From NCBI GenBank assembly GCA_964538885.1, contig CAZIHR010000018.1:9811-73810 (forward strand): a stretch of 64,000 nt of DNA. The letters run 5' to 3'. Below, piece after piece: positions 54,020 through 63,043 of the stretch. This stretch comes from an uncultured Nitrosopumilaceae archaeon (GTDB lineage: Archaea > Thermoproteota > Nitrososphaeria > Nitrososphaerales > Nitrosopumilaceae). The notes below the pieces were generated by a model. The model searched no databases. It saw nothing but the letters and a program-made list of their open reading frames with translations, and was not told where the DNA came from. How positions within the stretch are numbered: the first letter of the stretch is position 1; every line of letters begins with the position of its first letter. The translations under genes were made by a program, and so were the position numbers.

Positions 54020-55234
54020 GTGAAGGTTCTCACACTAGATGATTTTGATCTTCAGAGCAAGACGGTTTTTCTACGTGTGGATATGAACTGTCCAATAGAT
54101 CCGGTGACCTTAGAAATTTCTGGAATCAAGAGGATTGAGGAAGCTACACAAACCATAAAATCCCTTGGCGACTCTAAGCTTGTTGTTGCCACTCATCAGG
54201 GAAGAGTGGGAAACACTGACTATACTGGAATGGACAAGCATGCTAAGGTACTAAATGATCTACTTGGAAAAGATATTCTGTACGCTGAGGACGTGATAGG
54301 AGCATCAGCACAAAAACAGATACAAAATCTGAAGGATGGGGAGATCTTACTACTAGATAATTTGAGACTTTGTGCAGAAGAAAATTATGAATTCTCGCCA
54401 GAAGATGCTGTACGAACCGTCATGGTGAACCGACTCTCCAAATACTTTGATCTTTGTGTCCTTGACTCGTTTCCAAGTGCCCACAGGTCTCATCCTTCTA
54501 TAGTAGGTTTCCCACAGGTCATGCCTGCATGTGCAGGAAGAATAGTTGAACGCGAAATGAGAAACCTAGATGAGATAATGACTGTGGCAAAAGCACCTCA
54601 TGTTATAGTTCTTGGTGGCTCAAAGGTCGCTGATCGACTTGAGGCAATAAAACTTCTTATCCAGAATGGACGTGCAGATCACATTCTGTTGACAGGCCTT
54701 ATAGGTAACGTATTCATGAGGGCCCAAGCTAGGATCAAATACCCGTTGGGAATACAACGGGAAAATGAAGTGGTCGCAAAGGCACATAGTCTGATCGGAG
54801 AATACCCAGATGTCTTTTCTACACCAGCTGATGTGGCAATCGATAAGGATGGTGAGAGAGTGGAGGTAAATGTCAGGGATCTGGTTACAGGTGACAAGAT
54901 TTATGACCTTGGCCAAAAAACTCTGGAACACTATTCTAAAATAATTGCTGGTGCTGGAACCGTATTTATCAGTGGACCTGCAGGATTCTTTGAAAAGGAG
55001 AACTTTGCTATGGGGACGGAGAGACTATTACATGCAGTTGCAAACTCGATGGCCACAACTATAGTTAGTGGGGGACACCTATCATATGCGCTCAAAATGT
55101 ACGGTCTGGCTGAAAAGATTAACCATGTCAGTACAGCGGGTGGAGCACTAGTTATGTATCTGACCGGCAAGACACTACCAATGATAAGGGTACTACAAGA
55201 TGCTGCACGCCGCCATCGTGATTCAAGCAAGTGA
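54020..55234 (+). CDS. pgk: phosphoglycerate kinase
   Basis: 404 aa with a GTG start. VFLRVDMNCP, ATHQGR, LLDNLR, VLGGSKVADRL and STAGGALV match PGK. Confidence 0.95.
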   Translation: MKVLTLDDFDLQSKTVFLRVDMNCPIDPVTLEISGIKRIEEATQTIKSLGDSKLVVATHQGRVGNTDYTGMDKHAKVLNDLLGKDILYAEDVIGASAQKQIQNLKDGEILLLDNLRLCAEENYEFSPEDAVRTVMVNRLSKYFDLCVLDSFPSAHRSHPSIVGFPQVMPACAGRIVEREMRNLDEIMTVAKAPHVIVLGGSKVADRLEAIKLLIQNGRADHILLTGLIGNVFMRAQARIKYPLGIQRENEVVAKAHSLIGEYPDVFSTPADVAIDKDGERVEVNVRDLVTGDKIYDLGQKTLEHYSKIIAGAGTVFISGPAGFFEKENFAMGTERLLHAVANSMATTIVSGGHLSYALKMYGLAEKINHVSTAGGALVMYLTGKTLPMIRVLQDAARRHRDSSK

Positions 55235-55267
55235 TGCCTAGCAATCTTACACGCTAATACACTACAG

Positions 55268-55615
55268 TTAGATGCTTGCACTACATGGCTGATTTGGACA
55301 TTTTCTCTCTTCCATCCTACCCAAAAATATCTCAAGCCCACATGAGTTGCAGTGATACTTTTCCAACACATCAAACAGCTTTAACCATATTGTGGTGAGA
55401 TTTTGTGCAATATCTCTAAACATTCCTGCATTACAGAGCTGCCTTATATGTGGCTCAATGTCGTTGACAGTCCAATCTGACTTGACAACCCCTCTGCATC
55501 GAAGTTCTTCTACGATATCGTTGTTTGTAAAATGCCTTTCAGTATCATTATACTTTTCAAAGACAATCTTCCTGATGTGTAGTGGGATGGACATGTTTGG
55601 CATAAAGTTGGCCAT
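55268..55615 (-). CDS. 115-aa protein with a C-terminal zinc ribbon, last gene of the suf operon
   Basis: The start is taken at the internal ATG 55613-55615, which overlaps the sufU TGA by 1 nt (TGATG). The sequence is MANFMPNMSIPLHIRKIVFEKY...HCNSCG...KCPNQPC. The longer track ORF would run antisense-free but would overlap sufU. Confidence 0.5.
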   Translation of the reverse strand: MANFMPNMSIPLHIRKIVFEKYNDTERHFTNNDIVEELRCRGVVKSDWTVNDIEPHIRQLCNAGMFRDIAQNLTTIWLKLFDVLEKYHCNSCGLEIFLGRMEERKCPNQPCSASI

Positions 55616-56058
55616 CAGTACAGGTTTGCCGCCTCTTCCTTTAGTTTGTCTGTACTCTCTGCATCCTTGGTATGGGAGCCCAGATATGAGTAAAGGGCAT
55701 ACTTGAATACCTTGAGCGGCAGTAGTGCGCACTTTATTCTTACTGCCTGAAGGTTTTCAAGTCCTAATTCACTCAGTATGTCTGTTTTATCGATCAATTT
55801 TACTTCATCTAGATTTTTCCCTTTTGCCATCTCGGTAAGTACTGATGAACATGCCATGCATATTGCACATCCCTTTCCATGGAACTTTATGTCTGATATT
55901 GCGTCATTGTCAATCTTCATGTCTATGTCGATACTGTCTCCGCACAACGGATTGGAGTCATGATATGTTACATCATGATTTTCAATCTTGCCATAGTTGG
56001 AAGGATTTCTTGAATAATCTACTATCATCTCGTGGTAAATGTCTGCGTTGCTGTTCAC
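55615..56058 (-). CDS. sufU: SufU/IscU-like Fe-S cluster scaffold/sulfur acceptor
   Basis: 147 aa. YSRNPSNYGKIENHD, NPLCGDSIDIDMKI, FHGKGCAICMACSS and RIKCALL match SufU/IscU. Confidence 0.85.
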   Translation of the reverse strand: MNSNADIYHEMIVDYSRNPSNYGKIENHDVTYHDSNPLCGDSIDIDMKIDNDAISDIKFHGKGCAICMACSSVLTEMAKGKNLDEVKLIDKTDILSELGLENLQAVRIKCALLPLKVFKYALYSYLGSHTKDAESTDKLKEEAANLY

Positions 56059-57299
56059 AGCTTGAACACTCCTGCCACCTTGTTTAGTGATGCCACTAGT
56101 GCATCAACATCTTCTTTGGTGTTGTAAATGTAAAAACTTGCTCTTGATGTGGCAGCAACATTTAGTCGCTCCATCAGTACTTGGGCACAGTGGTGACCAG
56201 AACGGATGGCGATGCCCTCACCATCAATAATGTGTGCCACATCATGTGGGTGTACATTACCAAAGTTAAATGAGATCACCCCGCCTCTTTTCGAGATGTC
56301 TTTCGTTCCGTATATGTGAATGCCTCTCACCTTGGACATCTTATCTAACGCGTATTTTGTCAATTCGATTTCATGCTCGCGTATTTTGTCCATTCCTATT
56401 TTAGTTAGATAGTCTATTGCGGCACCAAGCCCAACGACATCTGCAATGTTTGGTGTACCTGCCTCAAATTTGTATGGTAGGTCATTCCAAGTTGTCTCAT
56501 ATTTGTGTACTTCACGTATCATGTCGCCACCACCATGAAACGGCTCCATAGTTTCCAGTATAGATCTTTTTACCCACAGTACACCTATTCCTGTGGGACC
56601 GAGCATCTTGTGCCCTGAAAATGCGAAAAAGTCACATCCCATGCCTTCAATATCCACTTTCATATGTGGCACTGCCTGTGCACCATCAACTAGGGTCATA
56701 ACTCCTGCCTGCTTGCATTTTGAAATGATGCTTTGAGCATCAGTAATCGTTCCAAGTACATTGGACATCAGGCTGAATGCAACAATCTTCACGCGGCCAG
56801 TAGCAAGTAACTCATCTAGATCCTCTAGTATTAGTTCCCCATAATCATCAGTTCTAATATATTCTAGTTTTGCATCTTTTTCCTTGGCAAGCAGCTGCCA
56901 AGGAACTATATTACTGTGATGTTCATACTCTGTAGTTACTATGATGTCTTCTTTCTCAACATGTGTCCTGCCCCACGAGTATGCAACCAGATTTATTGCC
57001 TCTGTGGTACCACGAACAAAAATTACTTCTCTTCTATCCTTAATGTTGACAAAGTCTGCAACTTTATCCCTTGTCATCTCATATGATTCGGTTGCTTCTT
57101 CTGCTAGGGCGTATACTGCTCTGTGTATATTTGCGTTGTAATTTCTGTAATAGTCGTTTATGGCATCAATAACTTGATTCGGCTTTTGTGCCGTGGATGC
57201 ATTGTCTAGATATACAAGCTGTTTATTCTCGCGTATCTTTCTTTTCAGTATTGGAAAGTCTTCACGCAAGCTTTCAAATAATGTCTGTGTATTTTGCAT
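56055..57299 (-). CDS. sufS: cysteine desulfurase SufS (class V aminotransferase)
   Basis: 414 aa. YLDNASTAQKP, RGTTEAINLVA, FSGHKMLGPTGIGVLW, RSGHHCAQ and SFYIYNTKEDVD match SufS. Confidence 0.95.
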   Translation of the reverse strand: MQNTQTLFESLREDFPILKRKIRENKQLVYLDNASTAQKPNQVIDAINDYYRNYNANIHRAVYALAEEATESYEMTRDKVADFVNIKDRREVIFVRGTTEAINLVAYSWGRTHVEKEDIIVTTEYEHHSNIVPWQLLAKEKDAKLEYIRTDDYGELILEDLDELLATGRVKIVAFSLMSNVLGTITDAQSIISKCKQAGVMTLVDGAQAVPHMKVDIEGMGCDFFAFSGHKMLGPTGIGVLWVKRSILETMEPFHGGGDMIREVHKYETTWNDLPYKFEAGTPNIADVVGLGAAIDYLTKIGMDKIREHEIELTKYALDKMSKVRGIHIYGTKDISKRGGVISFNFGNVHPHDVAHIIDGEGIAIRSGHHCAQVLMERLNVAATSRASFYIYNTKEDVDALVASLNKVAGVFKL

Positions 57300-57304
57300 G
57301 TACC

Positions 57305-57586
57305 TTAAACCTCCACATAAATCCAGCCGTCGTCTATTTTAACATTATACACACAAAGTGGCACTTCTGCAGGTAGGTTCTGCGGATGACCATTCTCTAA
57401 ATTGAATACAGATAGATGGAGAGGACATCTTATACCTTCATCATTTAGAAATCCAGATGACAAGTCTGCTTCTGCATGTGTACAAATGAGATCTACGGCG
57501 CGAATCTTTCCTCCGTGATTTACTAGTAAAATTTTTCTCTCTCCGTGAATGAAACTGAACAACTGGTTATTTCCAACGTCATCCAC
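57305..57586 (-). CDS. Rieske [2Fe-2S] ferredoxin-like protein
   Basis: 93 aa. CTHAEADLS (C-x-H) and CPLHLSVF (C-x-x-H) are the Rieske ligands. Confidence 0.8.
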   Translation of the reverse strand: MDDVGNNQLFSFIHGERKILLVNHGGKIRAVDLICTHAEADLSSGFLNDEGIRCPLHLSVFNLENGHPQNLPAEVPLCVYNVKIDDGWIYVEV

Positions 57587-57618
57587 ATTGCAGGCTTTGA
57601 TCCATTGGGCCAGTTTAA

Positions 57619-59016
57619 TTACCTGTATTTGTAGTGTTGCTCCATCTCAGCATCTTCGTTGTATCTGGTCTCCTCGACCTCGACAAACTTTGCAAGCTCC
57701 TCGTCTGTATTGATGGACAGTTCACGCCCTTCCCACTTTGATTCAATTAGATATGCTATCCATGCTCTTATCTGGAATGACATTTTTCTTGATAGAGGCT
57801 CGAGGAATCCTTCTATGATAGTCCTTTCTGCTTCTTCGTGGTTCAGACATCTAGTCTTCAGGTAGAATATCTGCTCCTCATCTATTTGCGCTACTGATGC
57901 GGAGTGTGTAGCCTTGACATCATTGGTGAAGATCTCCAGTCCTGGTATTGCATCTGACTTTGCGTCTTTGTCAAGCAGTATGGAGCGACCTGACAGGAAC
58001 GAGTTGGACTTTGTGGCATTCTCTTTTATTCTGATCATTCCTTTAAAGAGTGACTTGGATCTGTTACGGAGGATCGACTTTTCTACAACACGTCCTTCAG
58101 TGGACGGACTTTGATGGTTTACATTTGTTTGTATGTCAAAGTTCTGCTCGTTGTTTCCAAAGATTACTTCCGAGTCATTTGCAGATGCACCTGTCCCATT
58201 CAGGTAATAATCCGTCTTGTATCTGGAAAGTAGTGCGCCAAATAGCCCTGAGTACCAATTGACCTTGGCATCCTGTGCCATGTCAATCCTTCTAGTTGAA
58301 AAATTGATTGACGACTGATCCATCATTTGTAGTGTGGTGATATCTATGTGGGAATTTGCCTGTATGTTGGCATTTAGCAGCTCCATGTATGCCTGCTGCA
58401 CATGTGATGTGGGTGAATACAACTCTTGTACGATTGTGGCTCTACTGCCCTCACCAGCTTGAATTATGTTTCGTGATATGGTGGAGATTCCATCCTCCGA
58501 TAGACATGACAACATGTGGATTGGCTCCTCAACTGTAATCCCCTTGGGAATAAGCATAAACACTCCTGAATTGAATGCCGCGTTGTTCAACGCAGTGAAT
58601 TTATCATCTTGCGAATTCGAAGACTCTAGGGCCTGCCTTACTGCATCTGGATTGTTTGTTACTGCATCCTCTATGGAGCTTATTATGATGCCATTTGATT
58701 TCATGGCATCAGGCAGACTGATTCTTGGTATGTTTGTGCCTATCTGTACTATGTTTGCCTTGCCCTTTAATTCATCAAGTCTTTTTTGCAGGAATGTGGG
58801 AACAGAGTCTGTTGTGTCTGGTGCTAGGGCCACTTGATTTGGGTCCATTTTTTGCACATCGGTGTACTTGTTGTATAGAGGAGATGTCTCAGTTGGTAGT
58901 TTGCCATATGTGGTGAGGGAATCTTTTCTGTATTGACTAAGCCAATTGGGCTCATTTCTGTATGATGAAATCTTTTCTACATGATTTAGATTCAGTTCCG
59001 AGAGTGTCTGAGACAT
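57619..59016 (-). CDS. sufD: Fe-S cluster assembly protein SufD
   Basis: 465 aa. It is a paralog of SufB that lacks the SufB N-terminal signature, with a C-terminal beta-helix region ...DAKSDAIPGLEIFTNDVKATHSASVAQIDEEQIFYLKTRCL. Confidence 0.85.
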   Translation of the reverse strand: MSQTLSELNLNHVEKISSYRNEPNWLSQYRKDSLTTYGKLPTETSPLYNKYTDVQKMDPNQVALAPDTTDSVPTFLQKRLDELKGKANIVQIGTNIPRISLPDAMKSNGIIISSIEDAVTNNPDAVRQALESSNSQDDKFTALNNAAFNSGVFMLIPKGITVEEPIHMLSCLSEDGISTISRNIIQAGEGSRATIVQELYSPTSHVQQAYMELLNANIQANSHIDITTLQMMDQSSINFSTRRIDMAQDAKVNWYSGLFGALLSRYKTDYYLNGTGASANDSEVIFGNNEQNFDIQTNVNHQSPSTEGRVVEKSILRNRSKSLFKGMIRIKENATKSNSFLSGRSILLDKDAKSDAIPGLEIFTNDVKATHSASVAQIDEEQIFYLKTRCLNHEEAERTIIEGFLEPLSRKMSFQIRAWIAYLIESKWEGRELSINTDEELAKFVEVEETRYNEDAEMEQHYKYR

Positions 59017-59036
59017 GGTAGTTCGTCGTATGGTTG

Positions 59037-60437
59037 CTAGCCCACAGAGTCATCCATTTCTAGCTTGATGAGTCTGTTTAACTCCACCGCATATTCCATG
59101 GGAAGTTCTTTTGTGAACGGTTCCATAAATCCGTTGACAATCAGTGAGAGTGCTTCCTCTTCGGTGAATCCCCTGCTCATGAGATAGAATATTTGCTCGT
59201 CACCTATCTTGCCTACTGTTGCCTCATGGGTGATTGTTGCATCTTCTTGATTGATCTCCATGTATGGATAGGTATCGGTCTTTGATGTGTCATCTAACAA
59301 CAACGCATCACACCTTACCGTAGATTTGACACCTGTAGCTCCCTTTGCAACATTAAGTAGTCCTCTGTAGGTTGAACGACCGTCTAGCCTACTGACTGAT
59401 TTTGAGGTGATCTTTGATGTGGTGTTTGGTGCTAGATGTACCATCTTTGCACCTGTATCTTGATGCTGACCTTTACCTGCAAACGCGATAGACAGAGTCT
59501 CACCATATGCACGTTCCCCTAGAAGATAGACGCCTGGATATTTCATGGTCAGCTTACTCCCTATGTTCCCATCAATCCATTCAACTGTAGCTCCGTCATA
59601 TGCATATGCCCTCTTTGTGACTAGATTGTAGACATCGTTGCTCCAATTTTGTATGGTGGTGTAGCGCAGCTTTGCATCTTTGTGGGCTACTAGTTCTACC
59701 ACTGCTGAATGTAATGATTCTGAAGAGTATACTGGTGCCGTACATCCTTCAATGTAATGTACCTCTGCACCTTCATCAACGATGATCAACGTCCTTTCAA
59801 ATTGGCCTATATTTTCTGCATTGATCCTAAAGTATGCCTGTAATGGCATGTCTATCTTGACTCCTGGTGGGACATAGATGAAGGAGCCTCCACTCCAGAC
59901 CGCACTGTTTAGTGCTGCAAACTTGTTGTCTTCGGGTGGTATGACCTTACCGAAGTATTTTTTGAATATTTCAGGTTGCTCTTTGAGTGCTGAATCCGTA
60001 TCTAGAAACAACACTCCTTGTTTTTTCAGATCCTCTCTGAGGTTGTGATATACCACCTCGGATTCATATTGAGCCCCGACACCTGCAAGGAATTTTTTCT
60101 CAGCTTCGGGAATGCCCAGCTTGTCAAATGTATTTTTTACATCTTCTGGTACATCGTCCCAGCTCTTTTCGGTCTTTTCGGATGCCTTTGCATAATAGTA
60201 GATATTTTGAAAGTCAATCATACTCAGATCCCCTCCCCATGTGGGCATTGGTTTTTTCATGAATGTCTCATAGGAACGTAGTCTAAAGTCAAGCATCCAC
60301 CGTGGCTCATCTTTCATCTTACTAATTCCTAATACGGTATCCTTTGAGAGCCCTTTCTTGCTCAGATGGACATACATCTCAGTAGAGTCTTTAAAGTCAT
60401 ATTTTGAATAATCCATGTCTAGGTTTTTGGTGGACAT
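59037..60437 (-). CDS. sufB: Fe-S cluster assembly protein SufB
   Basis: 466 aa. [40 protein letters not shown] and [36 protein letters not shown] match SufB. Confidence 0.95.
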   Translation of the reverse strand: MSTKNLDMDYSKYDFKDSTEMYVHLSKKGLSKDTVLGISKMKDEPRWMLDFRLRSYETFMKKPMPTWGGDLSMIDFQNIYYYAKASEKTEKSWDDVPEDVKNTFDKLGIPEAEKKFLAGVGAQYESEVVYHNLREDLKKQGVLFLDTDSALKEQPEIFKKYFGKVIPPEDNKFAALNSAVWSGGSFIYVPPGVKIDMPLQAYFRINAENIGQFERTLIIVDEGAEVHYIEGCTAPVYSSESLHSAVVELVAHKDAKLRYTTIQNWSNDVYNLVTKRAYAYDGATVEWIDGNIGSKLTMKYPGVYLLGERAYGETLSIAFAGKGQHQDTGAKMVHLAPNTTSKITSKSVSRLDGRSTYRGLLNVAKGATGVKSTVRCDALLLDDTSKTDTYPYMEINQEDATITHEATVGKIGDEQIFYLMSRGFTEEEALSLIVNGFMEPFTKELPMEYAVELNRLIKLEMDDSVG

Positions 60438-60698
60438 GGTAGAAATAACTCTGTTATATTATAAATACATGTGGAAAAATAGGCATAGCTAAATAGATTC
60501 ATATTATATATTGTAACAAATGGTCGTTTTACTGTTTCAATATGTGCGATCAAATTATGAGGCAAAATTTTGATTGTAAATGACAATAACTGGACATATT
60601 TACTACATATTCCTATACTCTGATTGACGTTTCAAGTATGATGACATAGATAATCCTAGTGATCTTTTAAGATATTTTATTATGATTATAACGTACAG

Positions 60699-61451
60699 CT
60701 AAAGCCTTTCTAGTGCCTGCATCATCTTCTTGTGGGCTGAGTCGCGAACATCTTTTTCAAAATTTAGAATTTCATGCACATTAGGCACTACTTTGCTATG
60801 CTTTTTCATATATTTGATAAATACACCACAGTCACGTATGTCTCCGAGTATATCTTGCAGGGATTTCAAGATGGCAACCATCTTATCATATCTGTCATCC
60901 GTATTCATCTCCATGACATATCTGAGCTTTTTTGTAGTCTTTCTCATGGCGTGCAACTCATTCATGTTGCTCTTGCCGTTCAATACCGTGTTGATACTAT
61001 CATTATAGTTATCAATGAGTACAAGTAGTCTTTTTTGAAATTTATCGTATGTGGCCTTTGACTTTTTGATTTTTGGTTTTTTCATCTGAGCGATCTCTTC
61101 GGCAAGATCCAGCGCCTTAGACAATCTCTTAAGCTTCTTTTTTGTAATGAGCAATAAAATTCTTGATTCTTGGTCAAAGCCATATGCCTTTAGCTTCTTC
61201 AATATTATGTCGTGATCCCGAATAGTACTGTTTGCTGAGAAAAGCTTTCCGTATGCTAAAATTAATCTGCTTAATCTCTTTGTCCTACTGGATTTGGGAA
61301 GCACCGAGTATGCGGCCTCCAGCCTCCTACTGGTGACTCTCACATCATGAATTGTCTCTTCTGTTGGTTCCATGAGATATGTATCTAGCGTCTTGTATGC
61401 CTTGTCTAGTCTGACTAGAAATAAATCAAAAAATGATTCTTGTGTAGTCAT
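60699..61451 (-). CDS. CHAD-domain protein (polyphosphate-binding module)
   Basis: 250 aa and all-helical. It carries the CHAD hallmark repeats IHDVRVTSRRLEAAY and LHAMRKTTKKLRYVMEM, plus LQDILGDIRDCGV. Its ATG overlaps the upstream TGA (ATGA, 61448-61451). Confidence 0.85.
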   Translation of the reverse strand: MTTQESFFDLFLVRLDKAYKTLDTYLMEPTEETIHDVRVTSRRLEAAYSVLPKSSRTKRLSRLILAYGKLFSANSTIRDHDIILKKLKAYGFDQESRILLLITKKKLKRLSKALDLAEEIAQMKKPKIKKSKATYDKFQKRLLVLIDNYNDSINTVLNGKSNMNELHAMRKTTKKLRYVMEMNTDDRYDKMVAILKSLQDILGDIRDCGVFIKYMKKHSKVVPNVHEILNFEKDVRDSAHKKMMQALERL

Positions 61452-62185
61452 TCTGCCTTTGCCAGAAATCTACCAATCTGTTTTTGTAGTGTGACGTTTA
61501 CCTGTTCTTGTGTTCTGTTTCCATCTACTGATGTGAGGTCATATTTCTGTTTCAAATATTCAAATTCTCTTGCAAGCTTTCGTTGATAAATTATAAATGA
61601 CTCAAACATATCTTCGGATAGTCCCATATCTGCGCCTGACTCGTGATAGTCAAGAGACTGTCTTTTTGCAAATACTCTGTGAACCAGCTTGAATGGATCT
61701 ACATCTAAGTAGAATATCAGGTCTGGTACCAGTGCAAAGCTGTACAAGTTGGAGGACCACTGTCTTTTGATTCCACGTACTGTATTCCTTGCCATCAGTG
61801 TGTAGATGTATCTGTCTGCCAGTACCATATAGCCTGCTTGTAGTGCAGGAATTATTTTGTGCTCCATCTGATCGGCAAAGTCTGCCGCATAAAACATGGC
61901 ACTTGTTCTCTTCCCTAGTGAGATGTTCCTCTTTGCTTCCAGTATTCCCTCACCTATGAGCTCCGAACGTTTGAGGCCTGTGTTGAGTACAGCAAACCCG
62001 TCTGCTTCCAACTTGGATGTGAGCATCTCAATTTGTGTACTGCGACCAGACGCGTCCGGCCCCTCTATCACAATCAATCTTCCACTGATCTCAAGATCCT
62101 GCAAGTATGTTATGCCACCAGATCTATCGTTTCCATACCAGACTGGTTTGCGCCTCTTTTTGGTGTGTGCAAGGTTGGATCTCAT
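61448..62185 (-). CDS. thymidylate-kinase-fold P-loop protein, paralog 2 (degenerate Walker A GPDASGRST; basic N-terminal extension)
   Basis: 245 aa. RLIVIEGPDASGRSTQIEMLTSKLEADGFAV, FYAADFADQ and LADRYIYT give a Tmk-like architecture. Its ATG overlaps the TAA of paralog 1 by 1 nt (TAATG). Confidence 0.8.
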   Translation of the reverse strand: MRSNLAHTKKRRKPVWYGNDRSGGITYLQDLEISGRLIVIEGPDASGRSTQIEMLTSKLEADGFAVLNTGLKRSELIGEGILEAKRNISLGKRTSAMFYAADFADQMEHKIIPALQAGYMVLADRYIYTLMARNTVRGIKRQWSSNLYSFALVPDLIFYLDVDPFKLVHRVFAKRQSLDYHESGADMGLSEDMFESFIIYQRKLAREFEYLKQKYDLTSVDGNRTQEQVNVTLQKQIGRFLAKAE

Positions 62186-62886
62186 TATGGTACCTCTAGT
62201 ATCGACTTTTTGACTCTTGTTGGGAACAGTCGCATGACACTATCTCTCATGATCTTTTGTTGCTCTTTGATATCTAGTGTGGCATCTATAATTGTAAAGC
62301 GTTCACGTCTTGCCATGGATTCGTATTGTTCAATGATTCTACTTTGGAATATTCTGTAACTCTCGTATACATCCTTACTCAGATTCATGTCCATTCCAGC
62401 CTCGTAATATTTTAGCTTCGGCCTGCCAGCTAGAATGCGATCCATTGAAATGTCTATTGGTACTCTGAAATAAAACGCTAGGTCTGGTTTTAACGCAAAA
62501 TTATACATTTTTTTTACCCATGACTGATTACATCCTCTCGTAACATCTCTTGCATATGCAGTGTAGATGTACCTATCTGCTAACACAAAGTATCCTGCAC
62601 GTAGCAATGGCAGTATGTTCCGCTCGAATCTGTCTGCAAAGTCGGTTGCATGTAACAGACTAAATGTGATAGGGGTGAGGTTGGTCTTTTTCTTTCCTTT
62701 GGATGTTATTGACTTTACCATATCTGATGAGTTCCATTCTGTGCGGAATACTTCCAAGCCATTGTACTGAAGCCATTTTTCCAGCAGGCGTAACTGTGTA
62801 GACTTGCCCGAACCGTCGATTCCTTCTACAACAACTAGTTTTCCTGGCACACCATATTTTTTCAGAGAACGTCTTGAATAATTCAA
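62185..62886 (-). CDS. thymidylate-kinase-fold P-loop protein, paralog 1 (canonical Walker A GIDGSGKST)
   Basis: 233 aa with a TTG start. KLVVVEGIDGSGKSTQLRLLEKWLQYNGLEV, LLHATDFADR and LADRYIYTAYA give a Tmk-like architecture. Confidence 0.8.
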   Translation of the reverse strand: MNYSRRSLKKYGVPGKLVVVEGIDGSGKSTQLRLLEKWLQYNGLEVFRTEWNSSDMVKSITSKGKKKTNLTPITFSLLHATDFADRFERNILPLLRAGYFVLADRYIYTAYARDVTRGCNQSWVKKMYNFALKPDLAFYFRVPIDISMDRILAGRPKLKYYEAGMDMNLSKDVYESYRIFQSRIIEQYESMARRERFTIIDATLDIKEQQKIMRDSVMRLFPTRVKKSILEVP

Positions 62887-62911
62887 GTGTATATATTGTT
62901 CATGGATTCGC

Positions 62912-62917
62912 TATAAA
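62912..62917 (-). promoter_or_regulatory. TATA-like box of the Tmk-like/Tmk-like/CHAD operon
   Basis: The minus-strand TTTATA is centred about 28 nt upstream of the TTG start at 62886. Confidence 0.35.
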
Positions 62918-63043
62918 CTTTGCATTTTACTTGTGCGTGAAAAAACATTGTCAGAGCCGATAAACTGTATCTTTTCTTCAATTGTGGTACCTGTGGGAGC
63001 ATTATTACATATTAGCTACATTCCGGCATGCCTGATCTTTATT

